Assembly (NCBI GenBank): GCA_028279705.1
Contig: JANQNF010000046.1
Location: 17,019-81,018, forward strand
Direction: 5' to 3'
Length of the DNA: 64,000 bases
Origin: an archaeon
GTDB taxonomy: Archaea > Aenigmatarchaeota > Aenigmatarchaeia > QMZP01 > JAFGSV01
Each line of letters begins with the position of its first letter. Positions within the stretch are counted from its first letter, which is position 1. Below are positions 19,829-28,700 of this stretch, piece by piece. Below the pieces are notes generated by a model, which did not search any database, had not been told where the DNA came from, and worked only from the letters and a program-made list of their open reading frames with translations. Position numbers and translations under genes: made by a program.

Positions 19829-20380
19829 TATCTTTATTTTCAAGACTAGCTGAGAGGGTAAAGTACGGTGAATACTCAAAAACACCCGAATTCGCCATAT
19901 CAAGAAGCTACCGGAAATGGGACAATATGCTCAGAAACCTGAATGCACTTCCACAAGAAGCGCATTAACGGAATTTTACTTCCGATAACGCATGTTATAT
20001 TCAATCGAGAAAAGGCAAACCTTAAATTTGGTGAAAACCAATTATTGATTAATGTGTGTGAATTTACCAGTTTGGGCCGAACCGATAGTTTTATTCGCGG
20101 CTCCGTTGATAGTATTGGTTTTGTATATTGTCCTTACAAGAACTGGCACGGTTAAGCTGGAAGATAGGAAAAAATTGAAGATATTCAGTATAATATTTGC
20201 GATTATACTTACTTGGGTATCTTTCTCTTTTAGTTTCATGTGGCTTTGTTGATACTCCTGCCTTTTCTCGACTTCGTCGCTTCGCTCCGACCAAAGGGAA
20301 CATAACATACGCTAACAGGCTTTGGTTATTCCTGCTCTGCCCAAATTCCGATGTGTATCCCTCTGTCCATAAGCGGGCTT

Positions 20381-20920
20381 CTAAAGAGTACATTTCTTCA
20401 TGAAATCATTGTCCATCAACACGGACCGGTCGCATGTTTGCCTCAGGTGCCATGAATGGCCCGATTTGAAGTGTGCATTTTCAATGTGTTTGCCAAAACT
20501 CTGCGCGGCCTTCACTGCGGGCACAAAGTCTCCGTCGCCGCTTACGAGTATAGCTGTATCATAAGAATTACTTTGTGCCAGCATGACCATGTCCACTGCT
20601 ATGTGGATATCATCACCCTTGACCGCATAATGAGTTTTCCCATCCACCTTGCGCTTTTGCAGCCTTACTAATACCAGTTTGAAATTCGGTATGTTCCTCA
20701 GCCCGGAAAAGAACTTCTGCTGCTTCTTGTAGCTTTCCTTGTCGTGGCTCATGTCCAGCGGTGCGTTGTAATAATATGTCCTTATAAGTTTCCTGTCTTT
20801 TCCGCAGAGCTTTTGTGATATTTTTTCAAAATCGATTTTCATGTCACCTAGATCCTTTCTCATGCAGTGGTAGAAGTTGCTCCCGTCTATGAATATGCAA
20901 ACACGCTCTGTATTGGCCAT
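20381..20920 (-). CDS. NYN-domain (LabA-like) putative nuclease
   Basis: VCIFIDGSNF, DIHIAVDMV, VSGDGDFVPAV motifs; start placed at MANTERV. Confidence 0.7.
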   Translation of the reverse strand: MANTERVCIFIDGSNFYHCMRKDLGDMKIDFEKISQKLCGKDRKLIRTYYYNAPLDMSHDKESYKKQQKFFSGLRNIPNFKLVLVRLQKRKVDGKTHYAVKGDDIHIAVDMVMLAQSNSYDTAILVSGDGDFVPAVKAAQSFGKHIENAHFKSGHSWHLRQTCDRSVLMDNDFMKKCTL

Positions 20921-21071
20921 AATATGAATGTTTGATTCGAGAAATAAATATGAACCTGCCCTTACCGAAGTAATGGCAGGGAGTATATGATACATAGTAG
21001 TCATGTTTCATTTATAAATGTTCTGAAGCCCACTTCGTTCATCGGAACTTCTGTTAGCTGTTTAGTTATAT

Positions 21072-21494
21072 TCAATCAGATTTCGCCTTTCCAACTTTCC
21101 TAAGCATATCTATATTGGTTAATATTTCAACTTTCTCTTGTTCCTTGAAATGAGGGTCATGTGTCCATATACCCTCTGAGTCAGTTGCAAGGCAGGCGGC
21201 TATATATGGAATATCTTTTGGGTCTTTTATCGAATGTTTGATTTTTGCTATCAAATCAAGGTATTTTGTTTGTGGAATAATTGATATGTTCTCGAAAATT
21301 AGAAGCAATAAAACCTCGAATTCTTCATTTGTTAACTGTGCGGCCTTAGTAACCCTCTTTTCATGCTTTCTGATTTCAGATATTATATTATCTGGAGCGA
21401 AGAATTCGAATAACGGGTCAAATAATATTTCTCTTGTTGTTCCTTTCTTTATCATTGAAGCGAGAACTCTGTTTGCATCTATAACTATTCTCAT
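21072..21494 (-). CDS. vapC: PIN-domain toxin VapC
   Basis: IVIDAN N-terminal acidic motif; DIPYIAAC..IWTHDPHF. Confidence 0.8.
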   Translation of the reverse strand: MRIVIDANRVLASMIKKGTTREILFDPLFEFFAPDNIISEIRKHEKRVTKAAQLTNEEFEVLLLLIFENISIIPQTKYLDLIAKIKHSIKDPKDIPYIAACLATDSEGIWTHDPHFKEQEKVEILTNIDMLRKVGKAKSD

Positions 21495-21727
21495 TTAACC
21501 AGACCGTGACTTTTAGCTATCCCTTTGTTTATTTCTTTTCCTACTTCCAATGCGTCTTTCTCGCTCAACTTGCTCTTTGATAGTATATTTTCCATGAGTT
21601 CTAATTTTCTCGCCTGCTCCCACATAGCTTGTCTTGCAACTTCACTCCATTTGATCTCTTTATGTTTTTGCATCATTTCGTGCAAATCCTGTGGAACGGC
21701 AAGAGTCATATTAGTCATATTTACCAC
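21491..21727 (-). CDS. vapB: VapB-like antitoxin
   Basis: 78 aa, 4-nt overlap with vapC start. Confidence 0.55.
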   Translation of the reverse strand: MVNMTNMTLAVPQDLHEMMQKHKEIKWSEVARQAMWEQARKLELMENILSKSKLSEKDALEVGKEINKGIAKSHGLVK

Positions 21728-21796
21728 CTAAGTAATTTATGTATATTATTTATTTTTACTTATTTATATATTTAACGGCGAAATCTGACTCTTCGC

Positions 21797-21900
21797 CACT
21801 ACGTGGCTTGTCTTCCAGAGAATATAACATGCAATATCAGGCTTCCTGCTGGAAGTCTCAAATGTTGTGCATACACAACATTTCAGATATCGCTATAGTT
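21797..21900 (+). repeat. structured repeat copy 1 (two hairpins)
   Basis: GGCTTCCTGCTGGAAGTC hairpin, then AAATGTTGTG-cata-CACAACATTT hairpin, then ttcagatatcgctatagtt. Confidence 0.6.
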
Positions 21901-22399
21901 AGATGTAATTGAGAAAACTGCTGTGGGTCTGATAAGCCTTTCCGCAACACGGTGCACCAAAACCAAGTTCCTTTTTCATTTGTTCAGGACTCAGACTAAT
22001 AATATCAGAAACTGTGTAATCAATTTCTCTATCTTTCCAAGACTGTGCCAATAGAATCCTTGCTCTGTTTATTCCTGAAACACCACTATAATCATTGAGG
22101 TTCTTTTCACCATGAGAAATCGATTTTATTGCATTGGATAGCTCCCCATACGTCCTAATTTTATTGATATTGAGAACCTGCTTTTGCCCATTCCAATACT
22201 TTGGATTCCCATCTTTTTTGTATTCACCCGTCATGTTCACCCAATGTGTCTTTTTGCCTGTGTATACACTATGATTAAATTTTGCTTTCCTTCTTTTACT
22301 GGTTTTAGCTTTGTCGATTAGAAAATCCCAGTAAAGTTGGTTAAATGTGTCTGCTTCTCTTGCCTTCTTAAGACCTTTCATAACTCTACAATAAAGCAA
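21899..22399 (-). CDS. hypothetical protein flanked by repeat copies 1 and 2
   Basis: 166 aa, no motif recognised. Confidence 0.45.
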   Translation of the reverse strand: MLYCRVMKGLKKAREADTFNQLYWDFLIDKAKTSKRRKAKFNHSVYTGKKTHWVNMTGEYKKDGNPKYWNGQKQVLNINKIRTYGELSNAIKSISHGEKNLNDYSGVSGINRARILLAQSWKDREIDYTVSDIISLSPEQMKKELGFGAPCCGKAYQTHSSFLNYI

Positions 22400-22431
22400 A
22401 ATTTTAAAAAGGCAGTTTTCTCAACTTCCTC

Positions 22432-22536
22432 GACTACGTCTCGGACCCTCAGGGACATCTAACATGCAATATCAGGCTTCCAGCAGGAAGCCTCAAATAT
22501 CGTCCACAGATGATACTTCAGATATCGCCATAGTTG
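22432..22536 (+). repeat. structured repeat copy 2
   Basis: Same flanks as copy 1 (gactacgt...taacatgcaatatcaggcttcc...ctcaaat...ttcagatatcgccatagtt); hairpin 2 stem is AAATATCGTC/GATGATACTT with three compensatory pair changes versus copy 1. Confidence 0.6.
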
Positions 22537-22562
22537 TATCTAATTCGGCTGGCACATAATAA

Positions 22563-22835
22563 TTACTTCATTGTGTTGATAATTTTCTTTGCGTTTTCGC
22601 TAGTTAGGGGAATTGTGTCGACGACGCCATCGTTTAAATCTAATATCAAGTTTGTTTCCAGGTTTTTAATGGTCGGTGCTTTCGATGACACCACGCTCGC
22701 ATTTTTCGGCTTCAGGTAATCTGAGTTTGTATTCTCATTATTTAAATGATCAGCGAATATCATTCCACCATAAAATCCAAGACCGCCAACCACACCACTT
22801 GCTATATACTTAATATAATTACCAAACTTTGACAT
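22563..22835 (-). CDS. small membrane-anchored protein
   Basis: 90 aa, N-terminal TM (IASGVVGGLGFYGGMIFA). Confidence 0.35.
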   Translation of the reverse strand: MSKFGNYIKYIASGVVGGLGFYGGMIFADHLNNENTNSDYLKPKNASVVSSKAPTIKNLETNLILDLNDGVVDTIPLTSENAKKIINTMK

Positions 22836-22958
22836 ATTCTACAATAAGGTAGAGTTAACTTTTTAAACCTTCCTTCATACAGACGCCAGCCGAACTCCGG
22901 CACTTCCTACCCACCTGGCTCGTGAGTGCCTATACACGACATGAGATTATTAGGATTT

Positions 22959-23020
22959 GACTACGCACCTTACGCTGCCAAATCTCAAACTGTCGCAGAG
23001 CGACAGCTTCTAATAATCCT
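22959..23020 (+). repeat. degenerate repeat copy 3 (hairpin CTGTCGC-agag-GCGACAG)
   Basis: Shares gactacg, ctcaaa + perfect hairpin + cttctaataatcc with copies 1 and 2; lacks the first hairpin. Confidence 0.35.
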
Positions 23021-23111
23021 GAGTTATACGAAATTTCAAACCCCGCTCCAGAATTTAGATATTTTTATATAGACTCATTTTTAATTATTAGAGAAAGGTA
23101 AGAAAGGTATT

Positions 23112-23573
23112 ATGAAAATTAACTATAAAAAAGCGATAATTTTTGGAACCATTGTGATACTATTGCAAATGGTGTTTGGCAACCTGTTATACATAAATCC
23201 CATTGCAATGGAAATCAACAAGCAGTTCGAAGGCCACCCCTCAATAAAATCCTTTGATTTCATAGGGGGAATGGGTAATTGGCTTCTGCTGACACTTGTT
23301 TTTAGTATTTTTCTCATGGTTCTCTGGATCGTATTGTATACATTCCTGTACAAGGCTATTCCCGGGGAAGGTTGGAAAAAAGGGTTATTTTTTGGTCTTG
23401 CACTGTCCTTCATAAAGGCAGTCCCAGAAGCATTCAACCAATGGATGATCTTTGTTTATCCCAGTGAGCTGATTATATTACAACTTGTTAATACATTTCT
23501 AGGTTTAGCAGTTTTTGGAATATTGCTAGGATTTTTCTATAAAAAATTCAATGTGATCAATTATGAAAAATGA
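23112..23573 (+). CDS. 4-TM membrane protein
   Basis: 153 aa hydrophobic ORF; overlaps start of the next gene. Confidence 0.5.
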   Translation: MKINYKKAIIFGTIVILLQMVFGNLLYINPIAMEINKQFEGHPSIKSFDFIGGMGNWLLLTLVFSIFLMVLWIVLYTFLYKAIPGEGWKKGLFFGLALSFIKAVPEAFNQWMIFVYPSELIILQLVNTFLGLAVFGILLGFFYKKFNVINYEK

Positions 23574-24009
23574 AAATGAAGACATGATCGCCTATTGTGG
23601 CCTGTGCTGCTTGGACTGTCACGGCTTTCAACAAAAAATACCAGACCTTGCAAGGGACCTGAGAAAAGAGCTAAGAGCTTCAAAATACAGAAAATTCGCG
23701 GAATTCCTTGCAACTACTACATTTGGAAAGGGCTTTAAAGAGTACGACAAGTGTTACGAAGTTTTGGGGAATATGGTAAAGTTCAGGTGCCACAAAGGAT
23801 GCCGGAATGGGGGAGGAAACCCTTTCTGTAAAATCAGGAAATGCTGCCAAAAGAAGAAATATGAAGGTTGCTGGGAATGTGATATCTTTGAAGAATGCGA
23901 GAAACTTGCTTTTTTGGAACCAGTCCATGAAAAAGGGCATGTAAAAAACTTAAAAATAGTCAAAAATAAAGGGAAAGCCGAATTCTTAAAATGTAAAAGA
24001 CATTGGTAG
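23563..24009 (+). CDS. Cys-rich DUF3795-like protein
   Basis: YCGLCCLDCHGF, CHKGCRNGGGNPFCKIRKCC, CWECDIFEEC; paralogue of 16321..16734. Confidence 0.55.
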   Translation: MKNENEDMIAYCGLCCLDCHGFQQKIPDLARDLRKELRASKYRKFAEFLATTTFGKGFKEYDKCYEVLGNMVKFRCHKGCRNGGGNPFCKIRKCCQKKKYEGCWECDIFEECEKLAFLEPVHEKGHVKNLKIVKNKGKAEFLKCKRHW

Positions 24010-24088
24010 TGGCTAGTTCTCGGGAGCGACAGCGGAAGAATAACGGTTAAAAAACTATCTGCCTATACAATCCTTATAGGTGAATTGA

Positions 24089-24574
24089 ATGGGAGAACTG
24101 ATAATACCACAGGGGCTGGTTGGAAAGAATCCGGGTATCGAAAATGGAATCTATCAAGATTCATATGTCAATGAAATGAACGGGATTTATCCAATAAAAG
24201 AAATAGTAGGCACACCAAATGAACATGAATACAAAAGCATGTTCATACGTAAGTTGCGTTCACTATTCAATGAAGCGATTCCCAATGCTGAAGAATGTGC
24301 CGTTTTATTGCCAATTTATATTTCCAGTGCAAAAAATGGTTCATGGGTGCCAGGTAAACTTGAAACAGATGCCATAAAGTCTGCTACGGGTATGAATCCA
24401 GAGGAATATGTTGAATATCTCATTAGTGATAACAACAAACGCCCTTATCGTGGTACAACACAATTACATAACGCAACAAAAAGAGGACTACTGATCAATA
24501 CTGTTTACGAAGGAGATTTCTTTTCTATACTAACCGAGCAATTTGCCAAACATTTGCAATCAAACAAAACGTAG
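24089..24574 (+). CDS. hypothetical protein
   Basis: 161-aa ORF. Confidence 0.4.
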   Translation: MGELIIPQGLVGKNPGIENGIYQDSYVNEMNGIYPIKEIVGTPNEHEYKSMFIRKLRSLFNEAIPNAEECAVLLPIYISSAKNGSWVPGKLETDAIKSATGMNPEEYVEYLISDNNKRPYRGTTQLHNATKRGLLINTVYEGDFFSILTEQFAKHLQSNKT

Positions 24575-24724
24575 CCCTCCCCCGAAAATTGCATCTAACA
24601 TCTCGATTAAGAGAAGTTGATTTTTTGAGACATCCCACAAAAATTATTTTTTGTTCTTACTCATTACGATAGGCTTTCCTCAATATTCAAATTTCAGCAT
24701 TTTATAATTTACTTATTTAGAAAA

Positions 24725-25207
24725 CTATACAAGCATTGATATTTTCTTTGCAAATGCCTGGATGTTATTTTTTGCACTATCAAAAAGTCTTTCGCAATCA
24801 TCGTAGTTCACTTCATCGAACAACTTATCTTTTAAGATATAATCAAATCTATTTGGATCTGGAGACATTGTGTATGCATGTTTTGCTTTACTTAATTTAT
24901 CATGATAGCTAATTTGCGTCTTGCGGTTCATCCCCGATAGCCAAATTTCGTATTCAAATTTATTATGCGTAAAAGCGATAACAAACTTAAGGCCTTTTGA
25001 TTGCAGTTCATCATTAGTGAATTGGAAATAGGAATAATCCATGTTGTTTTCAACAATATTCCCTGTGAACTTATATTCAGATAAGTTACCAGCCAAATAA
25101 GTCCTAAAACCTCTAAAAAACTTAACAAATTCCTGGTAACCTTTTTGCAGGTTTGTAGACTGGAGAATTTTTTTATATTCGCTGATGTAATTCGAATTAA
25201 TTTTCAT
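24725..25207 (-). CDS. hypothetical protein
   Basis: 160-aa ORF. Confidence 0.4.
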   Translation of the reverse strand: MKINSNYISEYKKILQSTNLQKGYQEFVKFFRGFRTYLAGNLSEYKFTGNIVENNMDYSYFQFTNDELQSKGLKFVIAFTHNKFEYEIWLSGMNRKTQISYHDKLSKAKHAYTMSPDPNRFDYILKDKLFDEVNYDDCERLFDSAKNNIQAFAKKISMLV

Positions 25208-25396
25208 AATATTATCTTTAAGATTGAAGTGTATTTAAAATTTGTTTTCTGAAAGCATATCTTCTTTACTTCAAGAAAATTTTTTGAATCGCGTATAACT
25301 CTGATAATCTCATGTTATTGTGAGCTGCTTACTGGGCGGCGAAGTTTTCGGATGTAGGTGTTTTGTTTAAAAAAATTATTATCATAAAATTAACTT

Positions 25397-25622
25397 TATG
25401 AGCAAATCCGCATTTTTCACTAAAAGAAGATATTGAGGAAATTGCTGCAAAATTGCCGGGAGAATACAAATCAAAGTTGTATAAAATTGCAAGTAAAATA
25501 TTCATGGGTGCATATATGACAGGTGACCTGATTGGAACCAGGGGTGACAAAGGAGATAGAACGTTTTTTTCCAGAAAAATGGGAGAAATATCGGAACAAT
25601 GTGAAAATTCTGACGAGTTTTA
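25397..25622 (+). pseudogene. frameshifted small gene remnant
   Basis: MSKSAFFTKRRY-stop, then the +1 frame continues EDIEEIAAKLPGEYKSKLYKIASKIFMGAYMTGDLIGTRGDKGDRTFFSRKMGEISEQCENSDEF. Confidence 0.25.
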
Positions 25623-25694
25623 ATAAGTACGCATCCGAAAATTTACGATAACATCAGGGTTAACCGATTCTACCAGTTATCTTCTAATTTGTGC

Positions 25695-25760
25695 GAACGG
25701 AGTGAGTCGGTTATTGCATGTTAGATGAGTCCTTTAGGACCAAGCGAAGTGTAGAGTTCG
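25695..25760 (-). repeat. repeat family copy A (shares catctaacatgcaata core with copies 1 and 2, reverse orientation)
   Basis: Reverse complement of 25703-25718 is ctcatctaacatgcaata; small hairpin GTCC-ttta-GGAC. Confidence 0.4.
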
Positions 25761-25778
25761 GGGCCGTTGTTGTGACAT

Positions 25779-26030
25779 CTAAACAGGATCATAATTTTTG
25801 ATCGGTGTGGATATTTGAGTCAAAGAAACTATGTCACCTGTTTTTATGTTGTATAAGAATGGTCCTGACCTAGACTGATTATAACCAATTCCAAGATGTT
25901 CTAAATTGTTAGTTGTATCCACTTTTACCGAATAGTCATCATGACCATTCTTTATCAGAGGACCTACAACAAATTCCGAACCACCGGAAATGTTAACCAT
26001 TACCCTTTTATCAACCATACCATCGTTCAT
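25779..26030 (-). CDS. small hypothetical protein flanked by repeat copies A and B
   Basis: 83-aa ORF. Confidence 0.3.
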   Translation of the reverse strand: MNDGMVDKRVMVNISGGSEFVVGPLIKNGHDDYSVKVDTTNNLEHLGIGYNQSRSGPFLYNIKTGDIVSLTQISTPIKNYDPV

Positions 26031-26154
26031 ATTATCACTATTTAATAGTTAAATAACTTTTATAAACTTATCGTCGACCTGAATTTCTTATAACTAAAAA
26101 GCTAACAGATGTTACCGCTATCTGCGGTAATTTGGGCGGAACAGGAATAAACAA

Positions 26155-26215
26155 AGTCTGTTAGCGCATGTTACACATCCGTTAGGTCGGTGTGAGCGAA
26201 GAGGGCGGAGAAGTA
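26155..26215 (-). repeat. repeat family copy B (degenerate)
   Basis: gcatgttacacatccgttagg...agcgaagagggcgg aligns with copy A (gcatgtta, tccNttagg, agcgaag). Confidence 0.3.
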
Positions 26216-26257
26216 ATGCACCAAAAGGTATAAAAAACTACTAAACTTCTACATCTC

Positions 26258-26653
26258 ATGGGAGATTGTCCATACTGTAAAGAAGAGTATCAAAGCTCTG
26301 AACGGAACATATTAGAAAACGAATCGTGGATTGCTAATTTTGACGGACATCCAGTAAACCCCGGACACATGAAAATAATTTCAAAAAGACACGTTGTTTC
26401 AATCAGTGAACTCAATAACGAAGAATTGATTTCAATGAGGGAAATGATGAAAAAAGTCGAGTCACTAGGGGAAGAACAATTTAAAACAGATGAATATAAT
26501 TGGGGTTTCAACAAAGGAAAGAATGCCGGTCAAACAAAATTCCACCTACACATACATTATATACCAAGATATGAGGGAGACGTGGAAGACCCGATTGGCG
26601 GGGTAAGAAACATTATCCCCGAAAAAGGAAATTACCTCAAATTAAAAAAGTAA
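26258..26653 (+). CDS. HIT-family (histidine triad) nucleotide hydrolase
   Basis: N-terminal CPYC, histidine triad HLHIHYIP. Confidence 0.8.
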   Translation: MGDCPYCKEEYQSSERNILENESWIANFDGHPVNPGHMKIISKRHVVSISELNNEELISMREMMKKVESLGEEQFKTDEYNWGFNKGKNAGQTKFHLHIHYIPRYEGDVEDPIGGVRNIIPEKGNYLKLKK

Positions 26654-26819
26654 TATTTGGTACATTGTTGCGTATAACATCGGTTTATTAGAAGTTGCCT
26701 CTGTGCGGCAATTTGAGATTCAGCAGCTGAAAAATGCGTAGCTGAATCCTAATAATATTATGCTATATTCAATAATTTGAGGGGCTGAAGGTAAAAGGGA
26801 GCAATTTTATAAAAATAAT

Positions 26820-27620
26820 TTATCCTAACCACTTATTTTCAATTTCTTTAAGTTTACCACTCCTTTTCATTTCTCTTAGGATTTTATTAATCTCATCCAT
26901 CAAAGCATTATTGCCAAGTCTTGTTGCAATACCATAAAATTCTTGTGTTAACGGCTCTCCAACAAGTTTCAAATCGTCAGGGTGTGCTTTAACAGCTCCA
27001 ACTCCAGCTACATAATCTCCGACAACAGCTTCTACTGTATCATTCAAAAGACCTGCTATCGCTTCCTCTCCGTTGACAAAAAGATATAATTGATCTTTTT
27101 CAACATATTCTAATGCAGCTTTTTCACAAGTTGTTCCACCTATAGTTCCTACCATCCTATCTCTCAAATCTTCAGGGAATTCTATCTGATCATGATTCTT
27201 TTTTACAACTATTACCTGACCCCCGATGAAATATGGAACACTGAATAATATTTCTTCAGACCTTTCAGGTGTGATGGTCACAGAAGAGATTACAACATCA
27301 ACACTATTCGATTTGATTTTTGTAAAAAGTTCTTTCCAGTCACTTTGTTTTATTTCTACTTCCACTCCCAGCCCATTACTTACCTCGTTTATTATTTCCA
27401 TATCTACTCCCATGAAATTTCCTGATTCATCGGTAAATGTCATCGGGTAATAATCACCAGTTGTTCCAACTATCAGCTTTCCCCTTTCCTGTACATCCAG
27501 AAGCGATGTGTCAGTTATTTCCACTACCTGATCATCCTGCACGGTCTGTGCACATCCGGAAATTAAGAGTAACAGTAAGAAAACCGATAAAATCGCGAAT
27601 CCATTTTTCATGAATTTCAC
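26820..27620 (-). CDS. family-3 solute-binding lipoprotein (amino-acid ABC type)
   Basis: Lipobox LLLLISGCAQ; ends KWLG; paralogue of 61176..62024. Confidence 0.75.
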   Translation of the reverse strand: MKFMKNGFAILSVFLLLLLISGCAQTVQDDQVVEITDTSLLDVQERGKLIVGTTGDYYPMTFTDESGNFMGVDMEIINEVSNGLGVEVEIKQSDWKELFTKIKSNSVDVVISSVTITPERSEEILFSVPYFIGGQVIVVKKNHDQIEFPEDLRDRMVGTIGGTTCEKAALEYVEKDQLYLFVNGEEAIAGLLNDTVEAVVGDYVAGVGAVKAHPDDLKLVGEPLTQEFYGIATRLGNNALMDEINKILREMKRSGKLKEIENKWLG

Positions 27621-27699
27621 TCTTTATTATTAATGTCAGCAGACTTGAATATATAATTTCGTCTTTCATGAGCAATTCTCAGAATAAGTTGATACGATT

Positions 27700-28089
27700 T
27701 CAACAACCTTTCTCTGCTGCCACGACGTACCTTCCCTGCCTCAGGGTGAGAACCTTCACGCGGCCTTTCAGTAGCATGTCTTTCAGCTTCCTGTCCAGGG
27801 TGCATACCGTCATGTCACCCTCTTTTGCAACTTTCAGGAGCGTAAGGTCCGTGCTGCCTTTAGCTGCCGCCAGCACTTTTACGTACTTTCTGACAAAATC
27901 AAGCGCCACGCTTGCGTTGTCCGCGTCGTTTCCCCTACCAGAAGAGAGTATCTCCAGTTCTTTTACCACGAGGTCCAGAGTGAGCAGTTCGGGTTTTCCA
28001 AACTTCATGAGTTCTGCTTGGAGGTCTGCCTTGTTTTCCACAACTTTTACAAGAAAGCTCGTGTCAAGCAGCACCTTCATTTGTGGCAC
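27700..28089 (-). CDS. PIN-domain protein (COG1412/Fcf1-like)
   Basis: MKVLLDTSFLV start and acidic residues; 129 aa. Confidence 0.45.
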   Translation of the reverse strand: MPQMKVLLDTSFLVKVVENKADLQAELMKFGKPELLTLDLVVKELEILSSGRGNDADNASVALDFVRKYVKVLAAAKGSTDLTLLKVAKEGDMTVCTLDRKLKDMLLKGRVKVLTLRQGRYVVAAEKGC

Positions 28090-28673
28090 CCCTTCACTAT
28101 TTCACCATTTGGGGCCCTTTCCCTGAATATATCTGAATGGAAACTGTATATGCGCACATCGTCTTCTGCCCACTCGCCTGACGGAAGGCCCGCCTTCATG
28201 CAGAGATTGGAAAGAAACTCTCTGACATCCCACTTCCACTCCACCGGTACCTGTGGAAGCAGCAGTCCCCTGTCAAAACCCTTCTCTATTATGAGGCCGT
28301 CCCTTCCGATCCTGATCTTTCTCAGGTATTCCTGCGGGTCACTCACCTTTATCAGTTCCGGAGGAGATAGTACGGAGACCTCTACTACGATCTTTCCAAG
28401 CTCTTTTTCTGAAAGCGCCGGGAACCTGGGGTCCCTCGTCACGGAAATCGCCGATTCCGTGAGCGCGTCTATCAGCCTCATAATGGGCTCCGGATACCCT
28501 ATGCATCCGCGCAGTTCATTTCCAGGATGCGTGTGTATGGTCGTAAAGACGCCCGCCCTTGCTTTGAATTCAGGGGAAATTGCAACAGGCAAGTACTTAT
28601 TTCCGGACTTAACGTATTCTTCCATGACCTTCCGCGCGGTCTTGACGAGGAACCTCCCCTTTTCAATGTCCAT
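28077..28673 (-). CDS. AMMECR1-domain protein
   Basis: LRGCIGY and GRDGLIIEKGFDRGLLLPQVP motifs. Confidence 0.85.
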   Translation of the reverse strand: MDIEKGRFLVKTARKVMEEYVKSGNKYLPVAISPEFKARAGVFTTIHTHPGNELRGCIGYPEPIMRLIDALTESAISVTRDPRFPALSEKELGKIVVEVSVLSPPELIKVSDPQEYLRKIRIGRDGLIIEKGFDRGLLLPQVPVEWKWDVREFLSNLCMKAGLPSGEWAEDDVRIYSFHSDIFRERAPNGEIVKGCHK

Positions 28674-28700
28674 GAACAGAATTGGGTGACTGTAAATAAA

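Noticed and set aside
22505-22522. C/D-box sRNA motifs (gatgata, ctga) in repeat copy 2
   Set aside because: Not conserved in copy 1; partial matches only.
21797-22536. IS200/IS605-like element hypothesis for the hairpin repeats
   Set aside because: No TnpA (HUH) or TnpB ORF between or near the repeats; both copies are direct rather than distinct LE/RE.
22860-22958. Possible structured ncRNA (GCCAG...CTGGC stem) in the divergent intergenic region
   Set aside because: Only weak hand-found pairing with no repeat or covariation support; more likely promoter region of divergent genes.
24591-24605. Extra copy of catctaacat core
   Set aside because: Only a 10-mer match with no flanking similarity.
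26726-26757. Hairpin ATTCAGC...GCTGAAT, possible terminator
   Set aside because: No adjoining U-tract; archaeal termination usually uses oligo-T, so function unsupported.
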